From: Actinomycetes bacterium
GTDB taxonomy: Bacteria; Actinomycetota; Actinomycetes; S36-B12
NCBI GenBank assembly: GCA_046085905.1
Contig: JBJSWO010000201.1
Location: 1-40,212 of the forward strand
Direction of reading: 5' to 3'
Length of the DNA stretch: 40,212 nt
The translations under genes were made by a program, and so were the position numbers. A model generated the notes under the pieces. The model was given only the letters and a program-made list of their open reading frames with translations. It was not told the origin of the DNA and searched no databases. Positions 17,806 through 26,376 of this stretch are shown one piece after another; within the stretch, counting starts at the first letter, position 1; each line of letters opens with the position of its first letter.

Positions 17806-18493
17806 CGTCGTGATCGCCTTCGTGTGATTCATGGTGCTCGGACTCGTTCTCATGCTCGGCGGACTTGTGCTCGTCGTCGCCCTTGGCCGGCTTTGCCGAG
17901 GCGGGCGCATTCGGTGCCGGCACGGTCACGATGATCGGCTTCGGCTCCTTGAGGACCTTCCAGTCGAAGACCTCTGAGCCGGTGGCACCGGTGAAGACGT
18001 AACCGACGAGCCGTGAGCCATCGGCCTTGTCGACCGTGACAGCCCATGAGTCGTACCCGTCGTGCTGCGCGCGGGATACTTCGGCGACCGTTGCCGTGCC
18101 GTCGACCTGGCCCATCACGATGTCAGTGGCCTGGGCGGCGGTGAGACTGCGCGCGGCCTGAGTCACCGGAGTCGCGGACGCCTGCACCTTCGGCTTCGCC
18201 GAGGCAGTGCCTGACTTGGCCGAGGGGGTCGATGCGGGCTCAGATGGGGTGGTGACGACGGCATCGACGATCACCGCACTCGCGGGAGCCACGGGCACGA
18301 TCTCGGGAAGAGGTGCGATCTCGATCGGCGAGAGACCGCCGTTCGTGTTCGGCTGGTCATCGACCACGGCGATATCGCCGACAGCCTGCGCCGAGGACGC
18401 CGCGGTGTTGATCGCGGCGAGTGCGGCTACGGACCCGGCCACGAGCACGCCGGCTGCTGCCGCGGTGCCGATCAGGGCTGATGAGCGCTTCAT
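17798..18493 (-). CDS. Exported PepSY-like domain protein with a His/acidic C-terminal tail
   Basis: Signal peptide; LTAAQATDIV...WAVTV...YVFTGATGSEV resembles PepSY; tail DDEHKSAEHENESEHHESHEGDHDDD; RBS GAAGGAG. Confidence 0.7.
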   Translation of the reverse strand: MKRSSALIGTAAAAGVLVAGSVAALAAINTAASSAQAVGDIAVVDDQPNTNGGLSPIEIAPLPEIVPVAPASAVIVDAVVTTPSEPASTPSAKSGTASAKPKVQASATPVTQAARSLTAAQATDIVMGQVDGTATVAEVSRAQHDGYDSWAVTVDKADGSRLVGYVFTGATGSEVFDWKVLKEPKPIIVTVPAPNAPASAKPAKGDDEHKSAEHENESEHHESHEGDHDDD

Positions 18494-18529
18494 GGTTACT
18501 CCTTCTCGCCGAGGCTGCCTCGGTATGTC

Positions 18530-18590
18530 ATGAAGTTATGCGGGCAGCACCCAAGGGGGACCCAAGGAAAGGTAAGGCCCGGGTTAAATG
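18530..18590 (-). promoter_or_regulatory. Promoter of the PepSY-apbE operon with helically phased direct repeats (candidate OmpR-family sites)
   Basis: AAGG cores at 18553, 18564 and 18574 (ccaagg-ccaagg-gtaagg) upstream of a minus-strand TAACTT -10; divergent from the response regulator. Confidence 0.5.
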
Positions 18591-18671
18591 GATTCGCCTT
18601 TCGCAATCCCTCATGAGGGGTGCCTCGCGAGCGCGCACAACAGCCGCCTGCGGACATGCCACGATGAGCCC

Positions 18672-19325
18672 GTGAAGGTTCTTGTCGTCGAGGACGACCC
18701 CGCGATCTCCGGCCCCCTAGTCGAGGGTCTTGTCCGCAACGGGTTCGAGGTCGAGCACGTGGCCTACGCCACCCAGGTCGTCGCCGCGGCAACGGATGCC
18801 GACGTGGTCATCCTGGATCTCGGCCTGCCCGATGGCGATGGCCTCGAGGTGCTTCGTGAGCTTCGTCGCAACTCCGACGTGCCCGTCATCATCGCGACCG
18901 CTCGCGGCGAGGAGACTGATCGCATTGTCGGTCTCGAGTTAGGTGCCGATGACTACGTGGTGAAGCCGTTCAGCGTGCGTGAGCTCGCCGCACGAGTTCG
19001 CGCAATCGCGCGCCGTCGCCGCAATGAGCCGACTGTCGGGGGCGGGCGCGTCCTCGTGGATCGCACGCGTCATGTCGTGACGGTCGACGGCGCGGAGATC
19101 GACCTCACCGCGAAGGAATTCGACCTGCTCGCCGTGCTGGCAGAAGAGCCCGGCCGCGCCGTATCGAGACAGGAGCTCTTCTCGCGTGTCTGGGATCCGG
19201 TGTGGATCGGCACGGGCAAGACACTCGACGTTCACATCGCGACCCTGCGCAAGAAGCTCGGCGATGCGTCTCTTGTCGAGACCGTGCGCGGTGTGGGCTA
19301 CCGACTCGGCGAGGGTGCTGCGTGA
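18672..19325 (+). CDS. OmpR/PhoB family response regulator
   Basis: VLVVEDD, LDLGLPDGDG, GADDYVVKPF and winged-helix TVRGVGYR; CACGAT lies 6 nt before GTG 18672. Confidence 0.95.
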   Translation: MKVLVVEDDPAISGPLVEGLVRNGFEVEHVAYATQVVAAATDADVVILDLGLPDGDGLEVLRELRRNSDVPVIIATARGEETDRIVGLELGADDYVVKPFSVRELAARVRAIARRRRNEPTVGGGRVLVDRTRHVVTVDGAEIDLTAKEFDLLAVLAEEPGRAVSRQELFSRVWDPVWIGTGKTLDVHIATLRKKLGDASLVETVRGVGYRLGEGAA

Positions 19326-20668
19326 CCAAGCGTCTTGTCATCGCAATGACAGCGCTCGTTGCTCTTGTCGCGATCGCGCTTGCAGTTCCGCTCGCGATCA
19401 TCGTCGCCAATGATCAACGAGATCAGTTCATCTCCCGGCTCGAGGTGGCAACGCTGAGCGCTGCTTCGGTTCTCTCCTCGCAGCCGCGCGAGCTGTGGGC
19501 GAATGAGACCCGAGACATCCACGAGGCGACGGGCGCTCGCGTCATTGTCGTGGGCACTGACGCGACGCTCATTGCCGACAGCAGCGACTCCGCCCTCGAT
19601 CGGGCCTTCGACCGGCCGGAGATCACCAAGGCACTCGAGGGCTACCTGACCACTGATGTGCGCTCCTCGTCGACGCTGGGCACCGATCTTCGTTACGTCG
19701 CGGCACCCGTGGTGCAGAACCAGCAGGTCAGCGGCGCGGTGCGCCTGTCGATTCCCGAGGACGAGGTCACCAATGTCGTGCGCTCGACCCAGAAATGGCT
19801 GCTGCTCTTCGTGATCTCCGTGATGGCCGTGGCGGCAGTCGTGGCCTGGCTGCTCGCACGATCGATTGCCTCGCCCCTGCGTCGGCTGGCCGACGTGGCT
19901 CACTCGTTGCCCGACGATCTCACCCTGCGCGCCTCGGAGACAGACGGCCCGACGGAAGTGCGCTCGGTCGCATCGGCGCTGAACACGACTGCCGGAAAGC
20001 TCGACGGGATCCTGGCGCGCACGGAGCGTGTTGCCGCGGACGCCTCGCATCACCTGCGCACCCCGCTCTTCGGCGTGCGACTGCGACTCGAGGCCATCGA
20101 GGACATCACCACAGAGGACGCCGTGCGTGCCGAGGCGATCGCGGCCACCGCGGAGGTCGATCGACTCACGCATCGCATCGATCAGGTGCTCTCACTGGCC
20201 CGCACCGATTCCGGCAGCACGGCAGTGCAGCGAATGAATGCGTCCTCCAAAGTCTCGGGTCGCATCATCGAGGCCGAGCTCATCGCCCATGAGAACGAAA
20301 TCGAGCTGACGGGTGACATCGACGCGGACCTGTGGATTATGTCGAGTGAGGGCACCGTCGCCAAGATCACCGATGAGCTGCTCAGCAATGCGATGTCATA
20401 CGCGCGATCTCGCATTCACGTGACGCTGCGCAGGGAAGGGCGCGACGTCGTGCTCGCTGTCGGCGACGACGGCCCCGGCATTGCCGTCGAGGAGCGCGAA
20501 TCCGTCTTCCAGCGATTCACGCGTGGCAGTGCGGCCGTGCCGGGCGGTTCAGGCCTGGGCCTCGCACTCGTCCAGGAATCCGCGCGTGCAGCCGGCGGTG
20601 ATGCGACAGCGGGACAGTCACGGCTCGGTGGACTCGAGATCCGCGTCAGCTTCCCTGCGGCTGACTAG
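19322..20668 (+). CDS. Sensor histidine kinase (2 TM, HAMP, HisKA, HATPase)
   Basis: GTGA overlap with the regulator; ASHHLRTP H-box, LLSNA, DDGPG and GSGLGL boxes. Confidence 0.95.
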   Translation: MTKRLVIAMTALVALVAIALAVPLAIIVANDQRDQFISRLEVATLSAASVLSSQPRELWANETRDIHEATGARVIVVGTDATLIADSSDSALDRAFDRPEITKALEGYLTTDVRSSSTLGTDLRYVAAPVVQNQQVSGAVRLSIPEDEVTNVVRSTQKWLLLFVISVMAVAAVVAWLLARSIASPLRRLADVAHSLPDDLTLRASETDGPTEVRSVASALNTTAGKLDGILARTERVAADASHHLRTPLFGVRLRLEAIEDITTEDAVRAEAIAATAEVDRLTHRIDQVLSLARTDSGSTAVQRMNASSKVSGRIIEAELIAHENEIELTGDIDADLWIMSSEGTVAKITDELLSNAMSYARSRIHVTLRREGRDVVLAVGDDGPGIAVEERESVFQRFTRGSAAVPGGSGLGLALVQESARAAGGDATAGQSRLGGLEIRVSFPAAD

Positions 20669-21252
20669 GCGGCAGGAACGACTCTTCCGATGCCGCTGAA
20701 CGTGCGTCCCCACCACGAGCCGTGAATCGGACTCACGCGCACGCCCTTGCCGTGCCCGGCTGCGTCGACCATCTTGCCGCCGCCGATGTAGATGCCCACA
20801 TGATGAGCGCCGCGCTTGAAGAAGAAGACGAGATCGCCGGGCTGGGCGTCCTTCGTGCGAATCTTCTTCACGATGCTGAACTGCGAGCGCGACTGATGGG
20901 GGAGCGTCTTGCCGGTGACCTGCTTGTACACGTAGCGGGTAAGGCCTGAGCAGTCGAAGGCATTGGGGCCGGCTGAGCCTGCCGAGTAGCGGTCGCCGAT
21001 CTGGGCCTTGGCGACCTTCACCAGCTTCATCCGCAGGGTCTGAATCTGCGCCTTGCGGATCTGGGCAGCAGTCGGCTTTGCCTGCGGCACAGTGCCGAGG
21101 CGGGCGATCATCACGGTGGAGTGCACCTGGGTGGGAGTGGCAGCAGCCGCCGGCGCGGAGCCGGAGGGCAGCATGATCGTGATGATCAGTGCTACGAGTG
21201 CCACGACAATGGCGGCCCACTGGAGGCCGGCGGAGCGCAAAACCGTACGCAC
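20665..21252 (-). CDS. NlpC/P60 (C40) cell-wall peptidase
   Basis: FDCSGL, PGDLVFF and HHVGIYIG motifs; N-terminal signal/TM; GTG 21252 follows GAAGGGAA downstream of the riboswitch. Confidence 0.92.
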   Translation of the reverse strand: MRTVLRSAGLQWAAIVVALVALIITIMLPSGSAPAAAATPTQVHSTVMIARLGTVPQAKPTAAQIRKAQIQTLRMKLVKVAKAQIGDRYSAGSAGPNAFDCSGLTRYVYKQVTGKTLPHQSRSQFSIVKKIRTKDAQPGDLVFFFKRGAHHVGIYIGGGKMVDAAGHGKGVRVSPIHGSWWGRTFSGIGRVVPAA

Positions 21253-21267
21253 GCGGTTCCCTTCGAG

Positions 21268-21456
21268 ATCCGCTTCCCAGGTGAGCTGACGGACTCGGGC
21301 CTTGAAGGTTGCCCTACGACGACATCCCCGGTTCTGGGTTCTGCCGCCGATTCGCCCCATGGGTCGGCTGACTGCTCCGACCCGGGTGGTTCCCCGGTAC
21401 ACCGTCCCCGTTGCGGCTGCGAAAAAAGCCTTGGCAGATCTGGTGATTCAGCGTGC
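21268..21456 (-). ncRNA. Cyclic di-AMP (ydaO/yuaA) riboswitch
   Basis: Minus strand reads CGCTGAATC...GGGGAACCA...GGGGCGAATC...GTAGGGCAACCTT...CCCGAGTCCGTCAGCTCACC; sits upstream of a cell-wall hydrolase, the usual actinobacterial context. Confidence 0.92.
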
Positions 21457-21654
21457 TGACGGTGGTCCGCGAGTGCGGTCCTGTGGCCGACAACCCGAGT
21501 GACGTTACGGAAGGGATCCGTAGCCCGCGAGCTAACTATCCGCATAACGGACGCCTTATCGGGGGTGGTGTGGGATGGGCCACATCGTCACTTACGCCCC
21601 AGTAACAACATTAAGGGACGAATCGGACGTGCGGCAGACCGAGCAATAGCCCGA

Positions 21655-22695
21655 TCAAGGCGTGCGAAGTGCCGCCGCCAGACGGCCGAGATTGGCCTGC
21701 CAGTCGGCATCGTGCTCCACGCGCCGCCTCGCGTTGTCGACGAGATCCTGCGGGAAGCGCGCCGTGACCTCGATCAGGCAGTCGGCGAGCGCACCGACAT
21801 CACCGACGGGGAAGAGATGACCGGTCCGACCCTCCGTCACCCAGCCGCGATTGCCGGGCGTATCGCTGGCGACGACCGGAGTGCCGCAAGCCATCGCCTG
21901 CAGCAGCGTGACCGACGTTCCGTCGACCTCCGAGGCCGTGACGTAACAGCTTGCTCGGCCGAGAAGTGGGACGAGATCAGCCTCGGGCACCGTGCCGATG
22001 AATCGGGTGCGCTTCTCGATATCGAGCTCGTGCACGAGCGCCTTCAGCTCAGGAGTCAGTGATCCTCGATGGCCGATGATCAGGTACGGATCCGGGAAGT
22101 CCTCATGGACATCGTCACGACGCGGTACTGCGGCGAAAGCACGGATGATGTCGGCGACCCGATAGATCGGCTCATGCGCACGAAGACTGAGCACGAGCGG
22201 AGCATGCGGAGGCACCCCGAGCTCGAAGGCATCGATCCACGGCGCGTGGAAGGGGAAAGCCTGAAGATCGACGCCCCAGGGCATGAAGGTGATGCTGTCG
22301 GCGCCGACACCGGCCGCGAGAGCTATCGCGCGATTGGCCTCGCTGTCGACGATGAGGCCCTGCAGGCGCGCGAGCCAGGAGAGATCAGCCCCATCTCGAT
22401 CCAGATCGCTGAGGTCGTACCCCCAGGAGAGCCCGACGACAGGGATGGGCAGGTCGATCAGCGCGGAGGTGACCGTATGCAGGGGCCCTGCGAGAACAGG
22501 GCGAGTGACACCACCGACGGTCGACGCGGCCAGCACCGCCTCGCGCAGCTCGAGTGCATCGGCGGCATCGCGTCCGAGCGAGACGACGAAGGGATGGAAG
22601 CCGACCTCGAGCAAGGCCGCGACCCAGCGCTCATCGTGGATGCCCCAGCCGGCGGTCGCGTAGACGCAGTCGTGGCCGGCCGCCTCGATCGGCAT
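21655..22695 (-). CDS. Glycosyltransferase family 4 (GT-B)
   Basis: WGVDL, SLRAHEPIY and SEVDGTSVTLLQAMACGTPVVASD motifs. Confidence 0.9.
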   Translation of the reverse strand: MPIEAAGHDCVYATAGWGIHDERWVAALLEVGFHPFVVSLGRDAADALELREAVLAASTVGGVTRPVLAGPLHTVTSALIDLPIPVVGLSWGYDLSDLDRDGADLSWLARLQGLIVDSEANRAIALAAGVGADSITFMPWGVDLQAFPFHAPWIDAFELGVPPHAPLVLSLRAHEPIYRVADIIRAFAAVPRRDDVHEDFPDPYLIIGHRGSLTPELKALVHELDIEKRTRFIGTVPEADLVPLLGRASCYVTASEVDGTSVTLLQAMACGTPVVASDTPGNRGWVTEGRTGHLFPVGDVGALADCLIEVTARFPQDLVDNARRRVEHDADWQANLGRLAAALRTP

Positions 22696-22925
22696 GTGGT
22701 GGTCCCCTCGGATAGTGCGGAGGCCCTGTCGCTTCCGGCCCGCGTCCTCTGTATGGCGATCGTAGGGCGGTGGCCGGAATCCACCCCGTCAAGTCTCGAA
22801 TCCTCCTCACGGAATTCCGCCCCGACCGACCACGTGCTCGGGTAGCGTCGCTCGCCCGAGGAGAGATTCCCTCGGACGCGCCGGTCGTAGCTCGTCGGCG
22901 CGGAACGACCCGCGAAGGGGATGGC

Positions 22926-24305
22926 ATGGACGACGCAGTGCGCCAGCACAAGTACCTGCTGACCGAGGATCAGATGCCCACGCAGTGGTACAACATCGTC
23001 CCCGATCTGCCGGCCCCGCCGCCGCCGCCCCTGCACCCCGGTCGCATGGATCCGGTCGGCCCCGACGACCTGCTGCCGCTGTTCCCGATCGACCTGATCA
23101 TGCAAGAGGTCTCGCAGGATCGCTACATCGATATCCCCGGTGGTGTGCTCGACGTGTACCGCCAGTGGCGTCCGTCCCCGCTCTTCCGCGCCCATCGTCT
23201 CGAGCAGGCACTCGGCACCCCGGCACGTATCTACTACAAGTACGAGGGTGTCTCGCCGGCCGGCTCGCACAAGACCAACACCTCGGTCCCGCAGGCGTAC
23301 TACAACAAGAAGGACGGCACCAAGAAGCTCACGACCGAGACCGGCGCCGGCCAGTGGGGCACCGCGCTCTCCTTCGCCTGCGCTCTCTACGACCTCGAGT
23401 GCGAGGTGTGGCAGGTCGGCGCCTCCTTCGACGCCAAGCCCTACCGCCGCCTGATGATCGAGGCCTTCGGAGGCAAGGTGCATCGCTCGCCGTCGGATCT
23501 CACGGCGATCGGCCGCGAACTCGCCAAGGACCCGAAGAACTGGAGCGGCTCCCTCGGCATCGCGATCTCCGAGGCAGTCGAGGTCGCGGCGACCAATGAG
23601 AACGTGCGCTACGCACTCGGTTCAGTGCTCAACCACGTGCTGCTGCACCAGACGATCATCGGCGAGGAGGCACTGCTCCAGCTCGAGATGGCCGGCGATT
23701 CGCCGACTCACATCGTCGGCTGCACCGGCGGCGGCTCCAACTTCGGCGGCCTCTCCTTCCCGTTCATGCGCGAGAAGATGGCCGGCAAGATCAGCCCGCG
23801 CATCATCGCCGCCGAGCCGGCCTCGTGCCCGTCGCTTACTCGTGGCGAGTACCGCTACGACTTCGGCGATACCGCGGGCATGACCCCGCTGATGAAGATG
23901 CACACGCTGGGTCATGACTTCATTCCCGACCCGATTCACGCCGGTGGCCTGCGCTATCACGGCATGGCACCGCTCATCTCGCACATCTACGAGCTCGGGA
24001 TGATGGAAGCAGTCGCTGTGCCGCAGACCGAGTGCTTCGCGGCTGCCGTGCAGTTCGCGCGCACCGAGGGCATCGTCCCGGCTCCCGAGCCCACTCACGC
24101 ACTCGCGCTCGCGGTGCGCGAGGCACTCAAGGCGAAGGAGACCGGCGAGGAGACCGTCATTCTCACCGCGCTCTGCGGCCATGGTCACTTCGATCTCGCG
24201 GCCTATGACAACTACCTCAGCGGCTCGATGGTCGACGAGGAGGTCAGTGACGCTCGCTTCGCCGAGGCGCTCGCGACGATTCCCGAGGTGAATTTCGCCG
24301 GTTAG
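22926..24305 (+). CDS. trpB2: Stand-alone tryptophan synthase beta chain, TrpB2 type
   Basis: YYKYEGVSPAGSHK (PLP Lys), TETGAGQWG, GGGSN, HAGGLRYHG and PAPE motifs; no trpA adjacent. Confidence 0.93.
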   Translation: MDDAVRQHKYLLTEDQMPTQWYNIVPDLPAPPPPPLHPGRMDPVGPDDLLPLFPIDLIMQEVSQDRYIDIPGGVLDVYRQWRPSPLFRAHRLEQALGTPARIYYKYEGVSPAGSHKTNTSVPQAYYNKKDGTKKLTTETGAGQWGTALSFACALYDLECEVWQVGASFDAKPYRRLMIEAFGGKVHRSPSDLTAIGRELAKDPKNWSGSLGIAISEAVEVAATNENVRYALGSVLNHVLLHQTIIGEEALLQLEMAGDSPTHIVGCTGGGSNFGGLSFPFMREKMAGKISPRIIAAEPASCPSLTRGEYRYDFGDTAGMTPLMKMHTLGHDFIPDPIHAGGLRYHGMAPLISHIYELGMMEAVAVPQTECFAAAVQFARTEGIVPAPEPTHALALAVREALKAKETGEETVILTALCGHGHFDLAAYDNYLSGSMVDEEVSDARFAEALATIPEVNFAG

Positions 24306-24380
24306 CGAGGAATGAGCGAAGCGAGTCCCGCAGCTATTGGCGCATACATTCGCCGGTTAGCGAGGAATGAGCGAAGCGAG
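24294..24380. repeat. 32-bp perfect direct repeat x2 with a 23-bp spacer
   Basis: ttcgccggttagcgaggaatgagcgaagcgag at 24294-24325 and 24349-24380. Confidence 0.9.
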
Positions 24381-24414
24381 AGCCCCGTGGTCCGCGTGAC
24401 CGCGGGGCTCTCGC
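24376..24414 (+). terminator. GC-rich hairpin after trpB2 (probable terminator, no U-tract)
   Basis: gcgagagccccgtggtc-cgcgt-gaccgcggggctctcgc: 17-bp stem with one G-U pair. Confidence 0.7.
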
Positions 24415-24455
24415 GTGCAGGCCGGGTCGACAGGAGTCGTCGGTAGGCTTCACGC

Positions 24456-25031
24456 GTGATTCTGCACCGAGATATTCGCCCTGACCGCCCGCTCCTTGTC
24501 GTCGCGCTGGAGGAGGAGGCCGTGCACATTCATGTGCACGAGCTGCCGATCCTGGTCACCGGAGTCGGCAAGGTGAACGCGGCGATCGCCGTCTCGACGA
24601 TCCTCGGTCAGCACCGTCCGTCGAGCATCGTGAATCTTGGTACCGCAGGCGCCCTGCGCGACGGCGTGACGGGTACCCATGTCATCAGCTCGGTGATCCA
24701 GCACGATCTCAATGACGCCGCGATCTACGACCTGGTGGGCATTCACTTCGGCGAGCCCATCACCTTCGACTCAGGCTCGGGAACCGTGCTCGCCACGGGC
24801 GATCGCTTCATCTCCAAGCCCGAGGTGCGAGAGCGCCTGGCCAAGGACGCCCACCTGGTCGACATGGAGGGCTACGCCATTGCCCGGGCCGCGCGTGCGG
24901 CCGGCATCCCGGTGACCTTGGTCAAGGAAGTCAGCGATCAGGCCGGGGAGCAGGCGGCGAAGTCCTGGAGCGAGACCCTCGATGAGTGCTCAGCGTCACT
25001 CGGCGCGTGGGTTCACGCGCACCTGCTGTAG
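24456..25031 (+). CDS. Nucleosidase, PNP/UDP (MTA/SAH nucleosidase-like) family
   Basis: TGVGKVNAA, NLGTAG, ATGDRF, DMEG and VSD motifs; TAGGCT lies 6 nt before the GTG. Confidence 0.88.
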   Translation: MILHRDIRPDRPLLVVALEEEAVHIHVHELPILVTGVGKVNAAIAVSTILGQHRPSSIVNLGTAGALRDGVTGTHVISSVIQHDLNDAAIYDLVGIHFGEPITFDSGSGTVLATGDRFISKPEVRERLAKDAHLVDMEGYAIARAARAAGIPVTLVKEVSDQAGEQAAKSWSETLDECSASLGAWVHAHLL

Positions 25032-25054
25032 TCGTCAGCCAATAGGGTGATTCC

Positions 25055-26293
25055 ATGAGCGAAACAGCGCCCCGCCGCGCCCTGGCGCTGGGCCTGATCC
25101 TCGTTGGCGCTGCCACCTTGATCGGCAATGGCGCGGCCTATGCCCTGAGCATGGTGGCCGCCCGCGTGCTCATTCCCGCCGAGTTCGGCGCCTTCGGCGC
25201 CCTCCTGGCCATCCTCGTCATCGTCTCGACCATCGGCATCGCGATGCAGGCGCTCGCTGCTCGGCGCGTAGCCGTGGCCACCAGCAATCGCGCCGAAGTC
25301 GAGGGGCAGGCACTTCGACTGTCCCTCTACCTGGGGCTGGTCATCATCCTTGGCGGAATCCTGGCCGCCTGGCCCCTCTCGCAGATCTTCGCCATCCCGG
25401 TGCTGGCCGTCATCTTCGGCATTGCCTCCCTCGGATTCGTCGTCATCGGCTCTGCCGCCATGGGTGTCTCGCAGGGGCGCGAGGAGCACAAGCGGCTCTC
25501 GGCCGGGTTCATCGTCAATGGCGCCTCGCGTGCGATCTTCGGCATCGCCGGCGTCGTGGCCTTCCACAGCGTGGTCGGCGCCACCCTCGGCATCCTGGTC
25601 GGCTGCGCGGTGGGGGCGTTCATCGCGTACCGCATCTGCTGCCCCGGCGCCTGGGCCGGCACCATCGGCGCGGGCGGAGCCGCGGAGTTCGGCCACGTGG
25701 CGCATGCACTCATCGTGCTGTTCACGCTGACCAATATCGACATCCTGATGGCGCGCATCTTCCTGACAGAAGAGCTGTCGGGCGAGTACAGCGTCGGAGT
25801 GCTGCTCGCGAAGATCGCCTTCTTCCTGCCGAACGCGATCATCATCGTGCTCTTCCCGAAGATGACCGCGGGCAAGTCCCAGCGCACCGTCTACATCGCC
25901 ACGGGCCTCACCGCATTCGTCGGACTCGTCATCACTGGCTTCAGCCTGCTCTTCGGCGAGCTAGTGATCCGCGTGCTCGGCGGCGCCCAGTACGTCGAAC
26001 TCGGGCTCGGCACCGAGGCGTGGCTCTTTGCTCTCGAAGGCTCGGCATTCGCGCTGGTTCAGGTGCTTCTGTACGCGCGGCTGGCGGCAGAGGACAAGCG
26101 AGCTGCCGCCTCCGTCTGGATTGCGCTCGTCGTGCTCGTGGGCATCATCTCGATCTGGCGTCACGACAGCGTTGTCGAGATCGTCACCACTGTCGTCGCC
26201 GTGTCCCTCGTGCTCACCATCGTCGGCCTGGTACTCGACTGGCGCGGTGGACGCGAGCTCGGCGAGGTCGAGCCGATCGAGATGGCGGAATAA
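25055..26293 (+). CDS. Polysaccharide biosynthesis / Wzx-like flippase
   Basis: About 12 TM helices; AARVL.PAEFG, NIDILMAR...GEY and VLFPK patterns of the MATE/Wzx-like family. Confidence 0.8.
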   Translation: MSETAPRRALALGLILVGAATLIGNGAAYALSMVAARVLIPAEFGAFGALLAILVIVSTIGIAMQALAARRVAVATSNRAEVEGQALRLSLYLGLVIILGGILAAWPLSQIFAIPVLAVIFGIASLGFVVIGSAAMGVSQGREEHKRLSAGFIVNGASRAIFGIAGVVAFHSVVGATLGILVGCAVGAFIAYRICCPGAWAGTIGAGGAAEFGHVAHALIVLFTLTNIDILMARIFLTEELSGEYSVGVLLAKIAFFLPNAIIIVLFPKMTAGKSQRTVYIATGLTAFVGLVITGFSLLFGELVIRVLGGAQYVELGLGTEAWLFALEGSAFALVQVLLYARLAAEDKRAAASVWIALVVLVGIISIWRHDSVVEIVTTVVAVSLVLTIVGLVLDWRGGRELGEVEPIEMAE

Positions 26294-26372
26294 ATCCGCG
26301 AGGCCAGGGGCCCGGTATACCCCGGGACGCACCTGGCCTCACTTCCCTCTCCCCCGTGGGGGTGGGCTTGGC
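26292..26372 (-). ncRNA. Putative ~80-nt structured ncRNA divergent from a DUF3800-like gene (DUF3800-associated RNA candidate)
   Basis: 11-bp stem 26298-26308/26332-26342 (G-U on the minus strand, C-A mismatch on plus) encloses a CCCGG/CCGGG hairpin; GGAAGU linker; 5' CCCC-CACG-GGGG hairpin; has its own promoter. Confidence 0.7.
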
Positions 26373-26376
26373 TCAA

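Noticed and set aside
17980-17995. TGAT in the PepSY-like protein as a definite FMN attachment site
   Set aside because: It coincides with the normal PepSY D-A-x-T-G turn, so the match to [S/T]GA[S/T] may be incidental; kept only as a test target
21253-21402. N-terminal extension of the NlpC/P60 ORF
   Set aside because: It overlaps the riboswitch; the real start is most likely GTG 21252
22770-22925. 52-aa N-terminal extension on TrpB2, and similar extensions on the HK, RR, iolG, LacI and SBP ORFs
   Set aside because: Family homology and RBS/-10 positions support the downstream starts given in the feature list
24294-24380. Repeat-spacer-repeat as a mini CRISPR array
   Set aside because: Only two units, the repeat includes trpB2 coding sequence and its stop codon, the spacer is only 23 bp, and there are no cas genes or leader
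26298-26342. Element interpreted as only the flippase terminator
   Set aside because: No U-tract on the plus strand, nested hairpins, a wobble pair favouring the minus strand and a dedicated minus-strand promoter; a secondary terminator role is not excluded
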